A stretch of 64,000 bases of DNA from Piromyces finnis finn (GCA_002104945.1 MCFH01000064.1:186001-250000), one strand, 5' to 3'; shown: positions 20,817-34,700, counted from the stretch's first letter. A program made the numbers and translations. Notes: generated by a model from the letters alone, not told the origin.

Positions 20817-20830
20817 GATTAAGAGTCTCA
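20817..20830 (+). promoter_or_regulatory. Copia primer-binding site complementary to the tRNA-Lys(CUU) anticodon arm
   Basis: GATTAAGAGTCTCA directly follows the 5' LTR. Its reverse complement TGAGACTCTTAATC is the anticodon arm of eukaryotic tRNA-Lys(CUU) as recalled. Confidence 0.75.
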
Positions 20831-20900
20831 AACTCTAATCAATAATAAAAATTTCTTAAGAAAAATTTAAAACAAAATTTTGTGTATTAAAAATTTTAAT

Positions 20901-23900
20901 ATGTCCCAACAATTCATTTTAGCCAATGACCAACGTCTTCATGGAAAGTCCAACTTTGATACTTGGAGTCTTTTAATCAAGGCAGCCGCCACTAGACAGG
21001 GTCTAACTAGCTACCTTGAACAAGACATAGTTGGAACCATTAAAGACAACAACTTTGAGATAAACCTTAATCTCAAAGATGAATATAATATGGCTATTAT
21101 TGTAATGAATTGATAAATAATAATTATAAATATATTATAAATTTGATATTTGTAGAACGTTTTATTATAAAAATAATTATTAAATAATTTTATATAGTTT
21201 AGCATAAAAATATAATTTACATAAAATCAAATATTTTATAAATTTATATATTTGATTGGGTTAAATTATAAAAATAATTTTTAATATAAAGAATAATAAT
21301 AATTTTTAGTAGAAAATGGGAAGACTTAACATATTAATAAGAAGTTGAATTTTTAATAATAGTTAATATAGTTAGTTAAATAATACATAATAATAATTAA
21401 AAGACAAAAATAAGTTTTTATATAATAAAAATTATTGTTAAAAAAGAGTATAAAAACAATAAATAAAAGAAAATATAAAAACGAAATTAAACTTGTCTAG
21501 TTTGTAATTATTGTGTTAATAATAAATAATATTTTATAGAATAAATCTGGTGTTATTATTCTATATAAATATTATTAAATAATAAAACTATAAATATTAT
21601 AAAATATTATAAAATAAATTAAAATAAATAATAAAACAAGTAGATATTGTTAAAGCTCGTACAATAGCTGTCGAGATAAAACAATATAAGGTAACGAATA
21701 AGTAGTTTAAAAAGTTGTAATATAACTACCAATCCGTTATCAGAATACTAGAAATAACTAAATTGTCTTAGTGTTTAGTAGCTAAGACTTTGAGTCTGAA
21801 TGACACTAGTTCGAGACCTCATAGATACTATTTTAAAAAAATTATAATTTTATTTTATTTTATTTTATTTTTAAATTTTATTTTATATGAAGATTATTGA
21901 TTGGTGTAATGAGGTATATCTAATGATAAGGGTTAGACTAGAAAATCATTAAGGTTAGATTAATGAAAATTTCATAATTATATTTTTATAACCAATCATT
22001 AAGTAATTAATTCACTTATCAAATTGTATTAAAAAAAAAAAAAATAATTTTCATGTATAAAAGAGAGAATAAGAAAGATAAAATAGTTCTTTAGTGTTTT
22101 TATTAATAATTAATAAAAATTAGTTTTTTTTGTTTCGTCTTTAGTTTGATAATTAGTCGTATTATAATAATAAATTTAATAAATAAACATTATTAAAAAA
22201 AAAAATACATATATTTGATACATTAGAGTGTGTGTGTTTATTATTATAATATTTCGTTACAATAAAAACACTCTAAGAAAAAGATCGCTACCTCAGTGCC
22301 TCGTTTATTTGCTTACTTCTAATTTTTTTTATGGATAACTCTGCTGATTTGAAGAACGGTTTTGATGGCAACCGTCGCTACCTGAAGGGATTCTTAGCCA
22401 AAATGGACATGATCTTTATGATCCATCCTGAAATAGGAAGGGACGATGGAGAAAAGGTCTTCTACGTCGTTAGTCGCCTCTACGGGGATGCAATGAATTG
22501 GGCTGCTACCTTGATTAACAACCATGATCCTTGCTTACAGGATTATGGCGCCTTTGTTGGAAAGCTGAAGGCTGCTTTTGGTTTTCAGGATATGGTCTAT
22601 ACTGCCAACCAAAAGCTCAAGAAGATCAAACAACATGGCCTATCCAATACTCAAGAGTATATCAAGGAATTTAACTACTATGCTGATGAATCCACTTGGA
22701 ATGAACAAGCCAAGATGGATGCTTTTGTTGATGGGTTGGACGATAGAATCGCCACCCATATCCTTCAGATGTTTCCTGGCCCTTCTACCTTGATAAACTT
22801 ACAAACAATAGCCAGTCGTATAGGAAGTAGATTGGCATGCCACCAAGAGGAAATAAACAGAAGATCCAATAGAAGTTTCCGTTCTAAACAAAGCTTCCAA
22901 TCCCGCTCCTCAGAAAGATCTACAAGTAAATCCACTCAGCCCAAGAAGGAAAATAATTTTGGCCCCATTTCAAGTGAAGAACGTAGCCGCCGAATGAAAG
23001 AGAATCTCTGCTTATATTGTGGTAAACCTGGTCACCGATTATCTGAATGCCCTATTAGAACCAAAAAGGAAAACCATACTAATAATGCTGGGGTCCATGT
23101 TTTGAATGAACAAGAAAAATCCACTCGACTTTCGGATAACTCCTCTTTACCTCAAACTGTTATCGATGTTGATGTTGTTCTTCCATACAAATCTGTCGGA
23201 ACTAAAGTTCTCTTAGATAGTGGTTCACAATTCTGTTTGATAGACCACGCCTTTGTTAAGGCCCATGAGATCCCTATAATTACCAAAGTAAAATGTCCAC
23301 AAATTATAGGTATTGGAGGTCACCCAAAGATTATCGGCCAGACTTGGCCTATAACTGTGGAACACATGAATCACTCATGCCAGTTACAATTTTACGTCGT
23401 AGAATTGCCTTCTTACTGTTGTATTCTTGGCTCTGATTGGCTGGCCCTTCACAATCCGACAATCAATTTTGCTAGTAAGGACGTTTCCTATCATTCTGAA
23501 TACTGTAAGGAAAATTGCTTAAGGAAAGAATCTGCTAGCTCTACCACTTCTGAACTCGAAGACCAATCGAAGGACGAAATGTCAGTTGGAAATACACCTG
23601 AATACCCTTTCAATGTATTCACTTGTTTAGAAGAACCTGAAGTTGAGTCACCCCAAATTCCAATTCACTACTCTCAACACTCCAAAGTGTTCGAGGAAAG
23701 GCTCGCTGATAAACTCCCTCCTCATCGCCCGTACGACTGTGAGATCAACCTGAGACCAAATAGCAACTTGTTTTATGGTCCAATCTACCGACTTACTGAG
23801 AAAGAATCAAAGGTATTAGAAGAAACCATTAATGAAAATTTAAAAAAGGGGTTTATCCGCAAATCCAAATCGCCAGCTGGTGCTCCCGTTCTGTTTGTCC

Positions 23901-26525
23901 CGAAGAAGAGTGGAGAACTTCGTATGTGTATCGACTACCGCCGCTTGAACGAAATCACCATTAGGAACTCGTACCCTCTCCCATTGATCCAAGACATGTT
24001 GGATCATCTAGGAAAAGCTAAGGTGTTCTCGAAGTTAGATCTTCGATCCGCCTATAACTTGGTAAGAATCAAAGAAGGCGATGAATATAAGACCGCCTTC
24101 ACCTGTCAATTTGGCCATTTCGAATATCTGGTAATGCCTTTCGGTCTCAAGAACGCTCCTGCAGTCTTCCAACATTTTATTAACGACGTTCTTGAAGGCA
24201 TTATCGGTAAATTCGTCTTTTCGTATATTGACGATATTATCATTTTTTCTGATAATATAGCCGAACATCATGAACACGTCAATGAAGTCCTTCGTAGACT
24301 CGAAGAAGCCGGACTGTACGCTAAACTTGAAAAATGTCTATTCGACTCTCCTTGTCTTGACTTCCTTGGTCATAGAATCTCTGCCTCTGGTATCGGAATG
24401 GACCCTAATAAGGTGAAAGCCATTGCGGAATGGCCGACTCCTAAATCGGTCCATGAGCTACAATCTTTCCTAGGCTTAGCCAACTATTATCGTAGATTTA
24501 TTCCTGGCTTTGCTAAGATTGCTCACCCACTCCACCAACTTTGCAAGAAGAACACCGCCTTCGTTTGGAACGATACCGCTCAAGATGCTTTTGATGCTTT
24601 GGTTAAGCATTTTATTAGTCAGCCTATCCTTGCATATCCTGATGTTGACCTACCTTTCGTTGTCGAAACCGATGCAAGTAACTTCGCCATAGGTGCTGTA
24701 TTGTCTCAAGTCAACAAGTCCGACAATATTCTTCACCCTGTTGCGTTCTTTTCTAGATCCCTTACAAACCCGGAGAAGAACTACCCTATCTATGATAAAG
24801 AACTTTTGGCTATCGTCGCGTCCTTAGAAGTGTGGAGACATTTTTTGAAAGGTGCGAATCATCCTTTCAAAATTATATCAGACCACAGAAACCTCCTTTT
24901 TCAGAAGAAACCGGAGAAGATGACTCAGAGATTAATTAGATGGTCCCTTTTCCTTGCTGAATTCGATTTTGTCATTGAATATCGCCCTGGCTCCTCGAAC
25001 GGGAAAACCGATGCCTTGTCAAGAAGACCTGACTATCTTGATCACTCTTGCAATTCCGATTCTAATAACTCTGTCTTTCGTCCCGAAAATTTCAGCTCCT
25101 GCTTTGCTTCATCCACTCCTTCTTCTCTTCTTGAAAAAATTGCTCTCTCTTGTAAACTTGACAAATTCTTCATTGAGACTTCTAATCAACTTCTCAATGA
25201 TAATTGTTCTTCTGACTACAAACTTAGTAACAACGTCCTCCTTTTCCAAGATAAAATCTATGTTCCTAATGATTGCCGAGTTGAAATTCTGTCTTCTTGT
25301 CATGACTCCCCTGCTGCCGGCCATTTTGGTATTTCAAAAACTTTATCCTTGATTTCCCGTAACTACTGGTGGCCCAAAATGTATCAGGATGTTAAGGACT
25401 ATGTCCGTTCTTGTGAGGTCTGCTGTCGCTCGAAATCCTCTAGACATAAACCTTACGGGTTATTATCCACTCTTCCTTTAGGTGAACGTCCCTGGTCTTC
25501 CATTGCTATGGATTTTATCACTGACCTCCCCTCTTCTCGTGGATTTACCTGTATCTTCGTTGTCATTGATCGATTGACAAAAATGGCTCACTTTATCCCT
25601 CTTGAAAAAGTTCCCACTGCTGAACGTGCTGCCGAAGCTTTCATTAACAACGTCTTCAAACTTCATGGATGCCCCTCCGACATTGTTCTCGACCAAGGGT
25701 CTCAGTTCACTTCAAAGTTTTGGAAGAAATTCTTTGCTACCCTCAAGATTGATTTGAAATACTCTTCTGCTTATCACCACCAATCCAATGGCCAGACGGA
25801 GAGAGTGAACTCCGTTGTAGAACAATATCTACGCTGCTTCTCAAATTACAAAGGCACTAACTGGATCGAATACTTAAGCCTAGCTGAATTTAGTTACAAT
25901 AATTCAGTTCAAGAATCTGCAAAACAAACACCCTTCTTCTTGAACTATGGTTTCCATCCTAATTTTAATCCAACAATTCCAACAACAAGTGAAGTTCCAA
26001 GAGCTGAAGAATACACAAAAGAATTAAAAGAAATTATCAGCACCCTCAAGAAAAACCTTTCGGAAGCCCAAAAGAAACAAGAACATTTCGCCAATAGACA
26101 TAGACAACCAGGCCCGTCATTCAAACCAGGAGAAAAGGTATGGTTAATCAATAATAATTTAGTTAAGGGAAATAAAAAATTCACCCCTCGGAAACTCGGT
26201 CCCTATGAAATTGAACAACAAATATCAGAAGTCTCATTCAAATTGAAACTCCCTGGTAACATGAAGATTGATCCGGTATTCCATAAATCATCTCTCGAGC
26301 CTTACTTCGAAGGGAAAAGTACAAACCGAAAAGTTCAACCTCCACCACCTGTCATTATAAACGAAGAGGAGGAATACGAAGTAGAAGAAATTCTGGACAA
26401 AAGAAGACGCTATAACAAAACTCAGTACTTGATCAAATGGAAAGGATATCCTATTTCAGAAGCCTCATGGGAACCCGAAGAAAATCTGAACTGTCCAGCA
26501 AAGCTAAGAGAATTCAACAAGACCC

Positions 26526-26573
<48 letters not shown>

Positions 26574-26912
26574 AATAATAATAAAATTAACTAATTTTCA
26601 TTAATTTTTAGACACAAATGAGGGAATATTAATTTTTAGAATAAACTTAACCGATACCGTTTTGGCGAAGCTCCCATAGGGATTTACTGGACTTACAAGC
26701 GTACCAAGAACAAGTACTATCAAACGGCCATATTGGAACCTTGCCTATGAAACCTCTAGTACTTGTTGGACATACTTTAGTCTTGGCGCCAACCCGCCTT
26801 ACATCAAAGTTACTCTACCAACCCCGACTTCGAACCCGCAACCTTCTAGTTCATTGCCAACTACTCGACCATTGTACCACACCTTTTAATTCTCATATGA
26901 AGTCAACTGCCT

Positions 26913-26952
<40 letters not shown>

Positions 26953-28709
26953 ATTAGCTTATAAATTCGTCTGGAATCCGAATTTAGAGGAGGAGCTTGT
27001 AATGAGGTATATCTAATGATAAGGGTTAGACTAGAAAATCATTAAGGTTAGATTAATGAAAATTTCATAATTATATTTTTATAACCAATCATTAAGTAAT
27101 TAATTCACTTATCAAATTGTATTAAAAAAAAAATAATAATTTTCATGTATAAAAGAGAGAATAAGAAAGATAAAATAGTTCTTTAGTGTTTTTATTAATA
27201 ATTAATAAAAATTAGTTTTTTTTGTTTCGTCTTTAGTTTGATAATACACTGACCTAGCGAGTTAGTCGTATTATAATAATAAATTTAATAAATAAACATT
27301 ATTAAAAAAAAAATACATATATTTGATACATTAGAGTGTGTGTGTTTATTATTATAATATTTCGTTACAATTGGTTAAGAATTTTAAGTTGAAAAAATTT
27401 TATAAATTAATTTAAAAAATTTTAGTATAAATACGAGTGAATTTTCCCAAATATTTTAAAGAATCGAGATTTTATTAATAAATAATTATATTATTAAACA
27501 CTAACTTATTAAGTTAAATTCTATGTGTTTTTAATGATATTTTTATAAATTAATAATTTACAGAATATTTTAAAGTGTTAATATTACTAAGTTATTTAGT
27601 AAATATTATAATTTGTTTTATTGTTAAAGACACATTTCTTTACAATAAAATCTCCTTATAATATAAAAGCTTAATACCTTAGTGTTTAAGAAATTGTTAT
27701 AGATAAAACTTTTAAGTTTTATTGTTGAAGCTTTTCTTTAAAGAAATATTTTTACTTAAAGTAGTAGAATTAGTACGCTTTAGAAGCGGTATATAATTCA
27801 AACTATAAAAAGTAAAAGATTAACGGGATCGAGTTTAACCTGTACAATAATTGGGTTGGCAGGCTCTGAGCTATTCTACTTTGAATAAGGAAGTAGGAGA
27901 ATCCGAGGTACACCACGTACAAGACGCTGTAATAAGCAAGCTGGCGTGAGATTTATAGTTGTATACTATCTTTTGCTGTTTGATTATAGACCGGAAAATA
28001 GTCGGAAATGCCTTACTTTAATAAAATAATATTTCTTAATTAATACATTTTAAAATAAAGTTTTCTAATAAAACAATTTCTAATTTTTAATTATAATTAT
28101 TAATTGTTAAGACAATTTATTAAAATTGTAATAATATAAAATAATATTCTTTATAACTCCTTTAGCGTGAGAAGTTAAACTCTTATACATAATACTTCTA
28201 CGTGTAAAGAACTAATGTTCAATAAATAAAAACACAAATATATAAAAAGGAAAATAATAAAAGCAAATAAAAATTTTATTATTGAACACTTAACAAAATT
28301 ATAACAGGTTAGTGTTTAATAATTTTATTTTTATTATAAAATTTCTTTGTTAATAAAAACTCGAATTCCAAATAATTTTTTGAGAAATTTCACTCGTATT
28401 TATATAAATGTTTTTAAAAGTAAATTTATAAAAATTTTACAACTTAATTTTTTAAGCCAATCAGAAATTATCTTCTTTGGTAAAATTTCGTTATAAAATA
28501 TTTTAATAATTAAAAAAAAGATATTAATGAGGTTTCGAACTCGAGTAGTTCAAACCAAGGTCTTAGTTACTAACCACTAAGACAGGTTACTAATTTCTAT
28601 GATTCGTTACATGGTCCTCCTCCAGGATTCGGATACCAGATGAATCAACTAAATTTATTTGTTACTTTATTATAAAAGAAATAATTGAAACGAGTGAATA
28701 CATTTTGAA

Positions 28710-28752
<43 letters not shown>

Positions 28753-31700
28753 TGAATATTAAATTATAAATATATTTTTTCATTTTCTATTTTCTATTTT
28801 CTATTCTCTTTTTCTCTTATCAATTACTAATTTTTTTTAAATTAATAACTATTACTAATGTGAATTATTAAAGTTTTTAATTAGTTCATCGCAGTTTAAA
28901 TTACTTTCAGGTTCCCAAGATGCTTCTGAAAGCGGATAACCTTTCCATTTTATTAGATATTGAATCTTCCCATAATGCTTTCTTTTATCAAGTATTTCTT
29001 CTACTTCGTATTCTTCTTCTTCATTTACTATTATAGGTGGAGGTGGATCTTTGATTCTTCCAAAACTATCTTCATAATACGGTTCTAGGTTTGAAACATG
29101 AACAATTGGGTAAATCTTCAGCGATTTTGGTAATTCTAATTTATAAGTGAGATTAGAGATTTTACTAATTATCCTAAACGGGCCAAGTTTCCTAGGATTA
29201 AATTTTTTATTTCCTTTATGAATTATCAAGGAGCTATCCAACCATACTTTGTCACCAGTCTTGAATGTCGGAGGTTCTTGTCTATACTTGTCGGCATATT
29301 TCTTTTGAACTTGGATGGCCTTCTTTAAGTTTTCTTTTAGTTTCTCCATTAGGTCTTCAAAGTCTCTTGTAAACTCTTCAGCTCTTGGAACATTCGTTTG
29401 GTCAGGAATTACCGGAGAGTATTTTGGGTGATAACCATAATTTAGGAAGAATGGTGAGAATTTTGTTGAGTCTTGAACAGCATTATTGTAACTGAATTCT
29501 GCCAATGGAAGAAAGTTGATCCAGTTTGTTCCTTTATAATTAGAAAAGCATCTTAAATATTGTTCAACAACGGAGTTTACCCTCTCCGTTTGGCCATTGG
29601 ATTGATGATGATATGGTGAAGAATATTTAACATTGACGTCCAAAGATTGACAAATAGATTTCCAAAATTTCGAAGTGAATTGCGCGCCTCTATCGGAAAT
29701 AATTTCAGAGGGGAGACCGTGAATTTTGAAAATATAATTCAAAAAAGCAAAAGCAGTATCAGAAGCAGAAGGAATACCTTTAAAGGGAATGAGGTGGCAC
29801 ATTTTAGTAAGGCGGTCAACTACAACAAGAATAGTGTTAAATCCATCCGAAGGAGGGAGGTCAGTAATGAAATCCATAGAAATAGAAGCCCAAGGATGGT
29901 CACTAATCTCAAGGGGTTGAAGTAAACCATATGGTTTATGACGAGAAGGCTTGGAGCGGCAACAAATCTCGCAAGATCGGATATAATTCTTAACATCAAT
30001 AGAAATGGATGGCCACCAAAAGTCACGAGAGATCAAAGAAATAGTTTTGCGGATACCAAAATGACCGGCAGAGGGGGAATCATGACAGAGTTTCAAAACG
30101 GAGGGACGGCATTTTAAAGGGACATAGATTCTACTATCAAAAAGAAGAAAACTATTACTAAGGGAGAATTTATTACTTTGTGGATGTGGAGCTGGGAGAT
30201 TCTTATTTTCAAGAAAATTGCAAATGTCAATGTAAAAAGAGTCGTTCACATATTCAGATAATATTTCATCATTAAGAGAAGAAATGGAACAAATCAAAGC
30301 GCAGAAATTCTCAGGGCGTAAAACCGAAAAAGGAGCATCAGAAGGAAGAGAGGAATCCATATAATCAGGTCTTCGTGAAAGCGCATCAGGTTTACCATTA
30401 GATGAACCAGAGCGGTAGAGAATTTTAAAGTTAAATTCGGAAAGGAAAAGGGCCCAACGAACAAGACGTTGTGACATTTTTTCCGGTTTCTTTTGATATA
30501 GTAAGTTTCGATGATCTGAATAAATAGTAAACGGGGTTAAAGCACCTTTGAGAAAATGTCGCCAAGTTTCAAGAGCATTAACAATAGCTAAAAGTTCTTT
30601 ATCGTATATAGGATAGTTTCTTTCAGCGGAAGTAAGAGATCTTGAATAGAAAGCGACAGGATGGATCATTTTATCATCAGGAGATTTTTGAGACAGAACT
30701 GCTCCTATAGCAAAGTTGCTAGAGTCGGTTTCAACAATAAAGGGAAGATCACGATTTGGGTGAGACAGGATGGGAGCAGATGAAATTAATGATTTAATGG
30801 TATTAAATGCATCAAGAGCTTCAGAGGAAAAATCAAATTTAACGTTTTTACGAAGTAGTCTGTGAAGGGGTTGTGCAACTTTGGCAAAATTAGGAATAAA
30901 CCGACGATAGTAGTTGGCTAGGCCAATAAAAGATTGAACTTCCTTGACACTGGACGGAACTGGCCAATTAATAATAGCAGAAACTTTATTGGGGTCCATA
31001 TGTATACCTTCAGAGGATATCCGATGACCAAGGAAATCAATAGAGGAAACAAAGAATTCACACTTTTCAAGCTTAGCATAAAGACCAGCATTTCTTAAGC
31101 GATCCAGGACTTCGATAACGTGCTTAATGTGGGATTTATGGTTTTCAGAAAAAATAATTAAATCGTCAATATATGAATAAACAAAAATCCCTAGAATATT
31201 TTCCAGAACATCATTGATAAAATGCTGAAAAACAGCCGGGGCGTTTTTCAGTCCGAATGGCATTACCAGGTATTCAAAGTGGCCGAATTTGCAGGTGAAA
31301 GCTGTTTTATATTCATCACCCTTTTTGATTCGGACCAAATTATATGCTGATCGTAAATCCAATTTTGAGAAGATTTTCGCTTTACCAAGATGCTCTAGCA
31401 TATCTTGAATCAGAGGTAGAGGATAGGAATCTCTAATGGTAATTTTGTTGAGTTCCCTATAATCTTGACAAAGACGGAGTTCACCATTCTTTTTAGGAAC
31501 GAAAAGTACAGGCGCACCAGCAGGAGATTTGGATTTCCTAATGAAACCCTTTTTGAGGTTTTCATCGATATAATCCTTCAAAACTCTTGTTTCTTCGTCT
31601 GTTAGTGGGTAGATTGGTCCATAAAATAGCTTGGCATTTTCGATTAGGTTTATTTGGCAATCATAAGGACGATGAGGTGGTAATTGAGCAGCAGAAGATT

Positions 31701-34700
31701 CGCTAAAGACGTCCATATATGATTCTAATTCCTTCGGAAGTTTAGTAGTAGGATTTGAGTCTTTAAAAGAGTTTTTTGGTGAACAAGAATCAACTTTAGA
31801 AAGAGATATATTAGAAGCCATGACAGTACAAGTCTCTTGTGATAAAGGATCGTTAACAGATTCATTGTTAATTAAGACAGATTTAGAACGATTTTCTTTG
31901 GGATTACGAGAATGAGATAACTTAGAATTTGAAAAAGAAGATTTAGGTTTGTCAATAAAAATAGGCAAAGAAACGGAAGAAGAGTTATTGCAATCAGTAG
32001 AAAAAACAGAAGTTTCCTGATGGAATTCGGGAACATTCGAAGGGAGAGTCATACAATGATCCAAGCAATATGAAGAACCAAAGGATAATTTATTATTTTC
32101 AAAGTCAATACTTGGATTATGTTCCTTAAGCCAACGTAGACCTAGAATACAAGGATATACAGGTAGATCAGTAACGTAAAAGACAGTACGGCATAGGTGA
32201 TCCATGTAGCGAAGATTAAGAAGTGGAGTAACTCCGAACAGTTTTTGGCTACCACCAATACCGAATACGTTGGGTAAATCTTCTTCATAGTGGTAGGGAA
32301 TATTGTGATCGTTGCAATAGTCGACATCTATTAGATTAAGTGTAGAACCGGAGTCTATAAGAATTTTTGTGTCTAGTTCAAACGATAATTTAAAATTTGA
32401 GGTTACCCTATCTTGTTGATTTTTCTTGGAATTGGTAGAATTATTTTGTAGAGAAACTAAAGATTCGAATGCTGAGTTTTTATTTCTTCTCTTATGACAA
32501 TCTTTCAGTTGGTGTCCTGGAGATCCACAATAGACACATAAGTTTTCCTTACTTCTTCTTTCTTTTTCTTCCTTGGATAACGGACCAAAGTATCTTTTCT
32601 TCTTGGGATGTTCTTTTAGATTTGTGGAAGCCTTTCTGGAGCCATTGCTGGAATTAGAACTTGGTCCCTTAGTATTTTTGTCAAAAAATAATCCCCTGGT
32701 AGCAAGTCTGGAGTCTATTCTAGCTGCAATAGTTTGGAGGGAAAACAAATCTCTTGGTCCTGGGAACATCTCTAATATCTTCATTGCAACTTCTTGGTTG
32801 AGCCCAGCGATAAAAGCATCCATCTTAGCCTCTTCATTCCAGTTAGATTCATCAGAGTATTTGTTAAATTCAAGGATGTATCCTCTGATGCCGCCCAAAC
32901 GATGTTGCTTGAGAGTACGTAGCATTTGATTGGCTACGTAGACTGCATCATTGTTCCCGTAGAATGCCTTTAGTCTTTCCTTGAATGCTTGGTAGTTGGT
33001 CAGACATGGATCATGGTTGTCAATAAGCGTAGCGGCCCAATTTAATGCATTTCCATAAAGGCGAGAAATCAGGTAGATAACCTTGCTCTCTTCATCTTGA
33101 TATCTTTCGGGATAAAGGAGAAAAACAAGTTCTATTTTGGCTAAGAAACCTTTGAGATATTTTCTGTCTCCTGCGAAACCGTCTTTTAGTGAGGCGTTAT
33201 CAAATATTTGTCCTTCCATTAAAATTAAAAAAATATAATTGTTTGAAAATAAAAATTATGTAAATAAGATAAAGTTATGTTTGAAGAAATTAAGAAAGAA
33301 AAAAAAAATTAAATCTTTATTATTATTTATTGATTAAAATATTTTAAATATAGACAAAGAGTCAAATTAAATAGTATTGGACCATCAAATATTTAATTTT
33401 ATTAGTATTCAATACTAGGTCCCTTGTAGCTCTTTGTTGATAACGTAGATATTATCAATTGTTAATATTGGAAATGAAAATTTTCAATAAAAGGAATTAA
33501 CGGTATTAGTTTCTTTATTGTCACTTACTTAATTAAGCGGAAAGAAAAAAAAATAGGTTTAATTCCCCGATTATTAATAATATCTAAACAACAAAGTATT
33601 ACGTATAGGTGTCCAACTATCCACGCTAAGGGAGGTATTGAATCCTAACTTCTTTGTTATTTTAATATTTTTTCAAAAATAATAAATAAAATTTAATTTT
33701 ATTTATTAAAAGTAGAAAACGTTTTATTAGAAAATGAATTTTTTCTTTATTATTAAATTAAGCGTCCTGGCGCTCCCCTTATAATAACTGTGGGTTTTAC
33801 TTTTGTTTTCAGTACCCTTATTGTTAAAATAAGCTTCACTGACTTACTTAATTTTTTAATAAATTAAAAATTCTTCCTTTTTTAAACACTAAGGTGTTAT
33901 TATATATTTTAGGAGTTTTTATTGTAAAGAACTAATGTTCAATAAATAAAAACACAAATATATAAAAAGGAAAATAATAAAAGCAAATAAAAATTTTATT
34001 ATTGAACACTTAACAAAATTATAACAGGTTAGTGTTTAATAATTTTATTTTTATTATAAAATTTCTTTGTTAATAAAAACTCGAATTCCAAATAATTTTT
34101 TGAGAAATTTCACTCGTATTTATATAAATGTTTTTAAAAGTAAATTTATAAAAATTTTACAACTTAATTTTTTAAGCCAATCAGAAATTATCTTCTTTGG
34201 TAAAATTTCGTTATAAAATATTTTAATAATTAAAAAAAAGATATTAATGAGGTTTCGAACTCGAGTAGTTCAAACCAAGGTCTTAGTTACTAACCACTAA
34301 GACAGGTTACTAATTTCTATGATTCGTTACACTACGTTCGGATAAGGTTGATATAGGGAAAGAAAACCTGTAATAATTTTTATTGCTAACAATAAGTTAG
34401 ACACTAAAAAAAATTTTTACACCGTTCCTTTCTTTTATTAATTTAATTAATATTAACAATCGACTTTATACGTGTTATCGTGAAGAGCTACGAAGGACTT
34501 ATTATAAAGAATAAAACAGGTTATATATTTGATGGTTTAACACTATATAATCTGGTTTATATTATTATTTAATAAAAAGATTTACTCAATTAATAAATAT
34601 AATTAAATACTTTATTCTATTATTTTTACAAACTTATTAAAGTTTATTAAAGAAAACATCATAAATACTATGGAAGAGAACGAAAACAACCACATGGATA

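Larger units (their letters stand above)
21905..27369 (+). mobile_element. Ty3/gypsy chromovirus A inserted in the 5' LTR of element C
   Basis: LTRs at 21905-22261 and 26998-27369 (TGTAAT...GTTACA). TSD ATTGG at 21900-21904 and 27370-27374. PPT AGAGGAGGAG. Confidence 0.96.
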
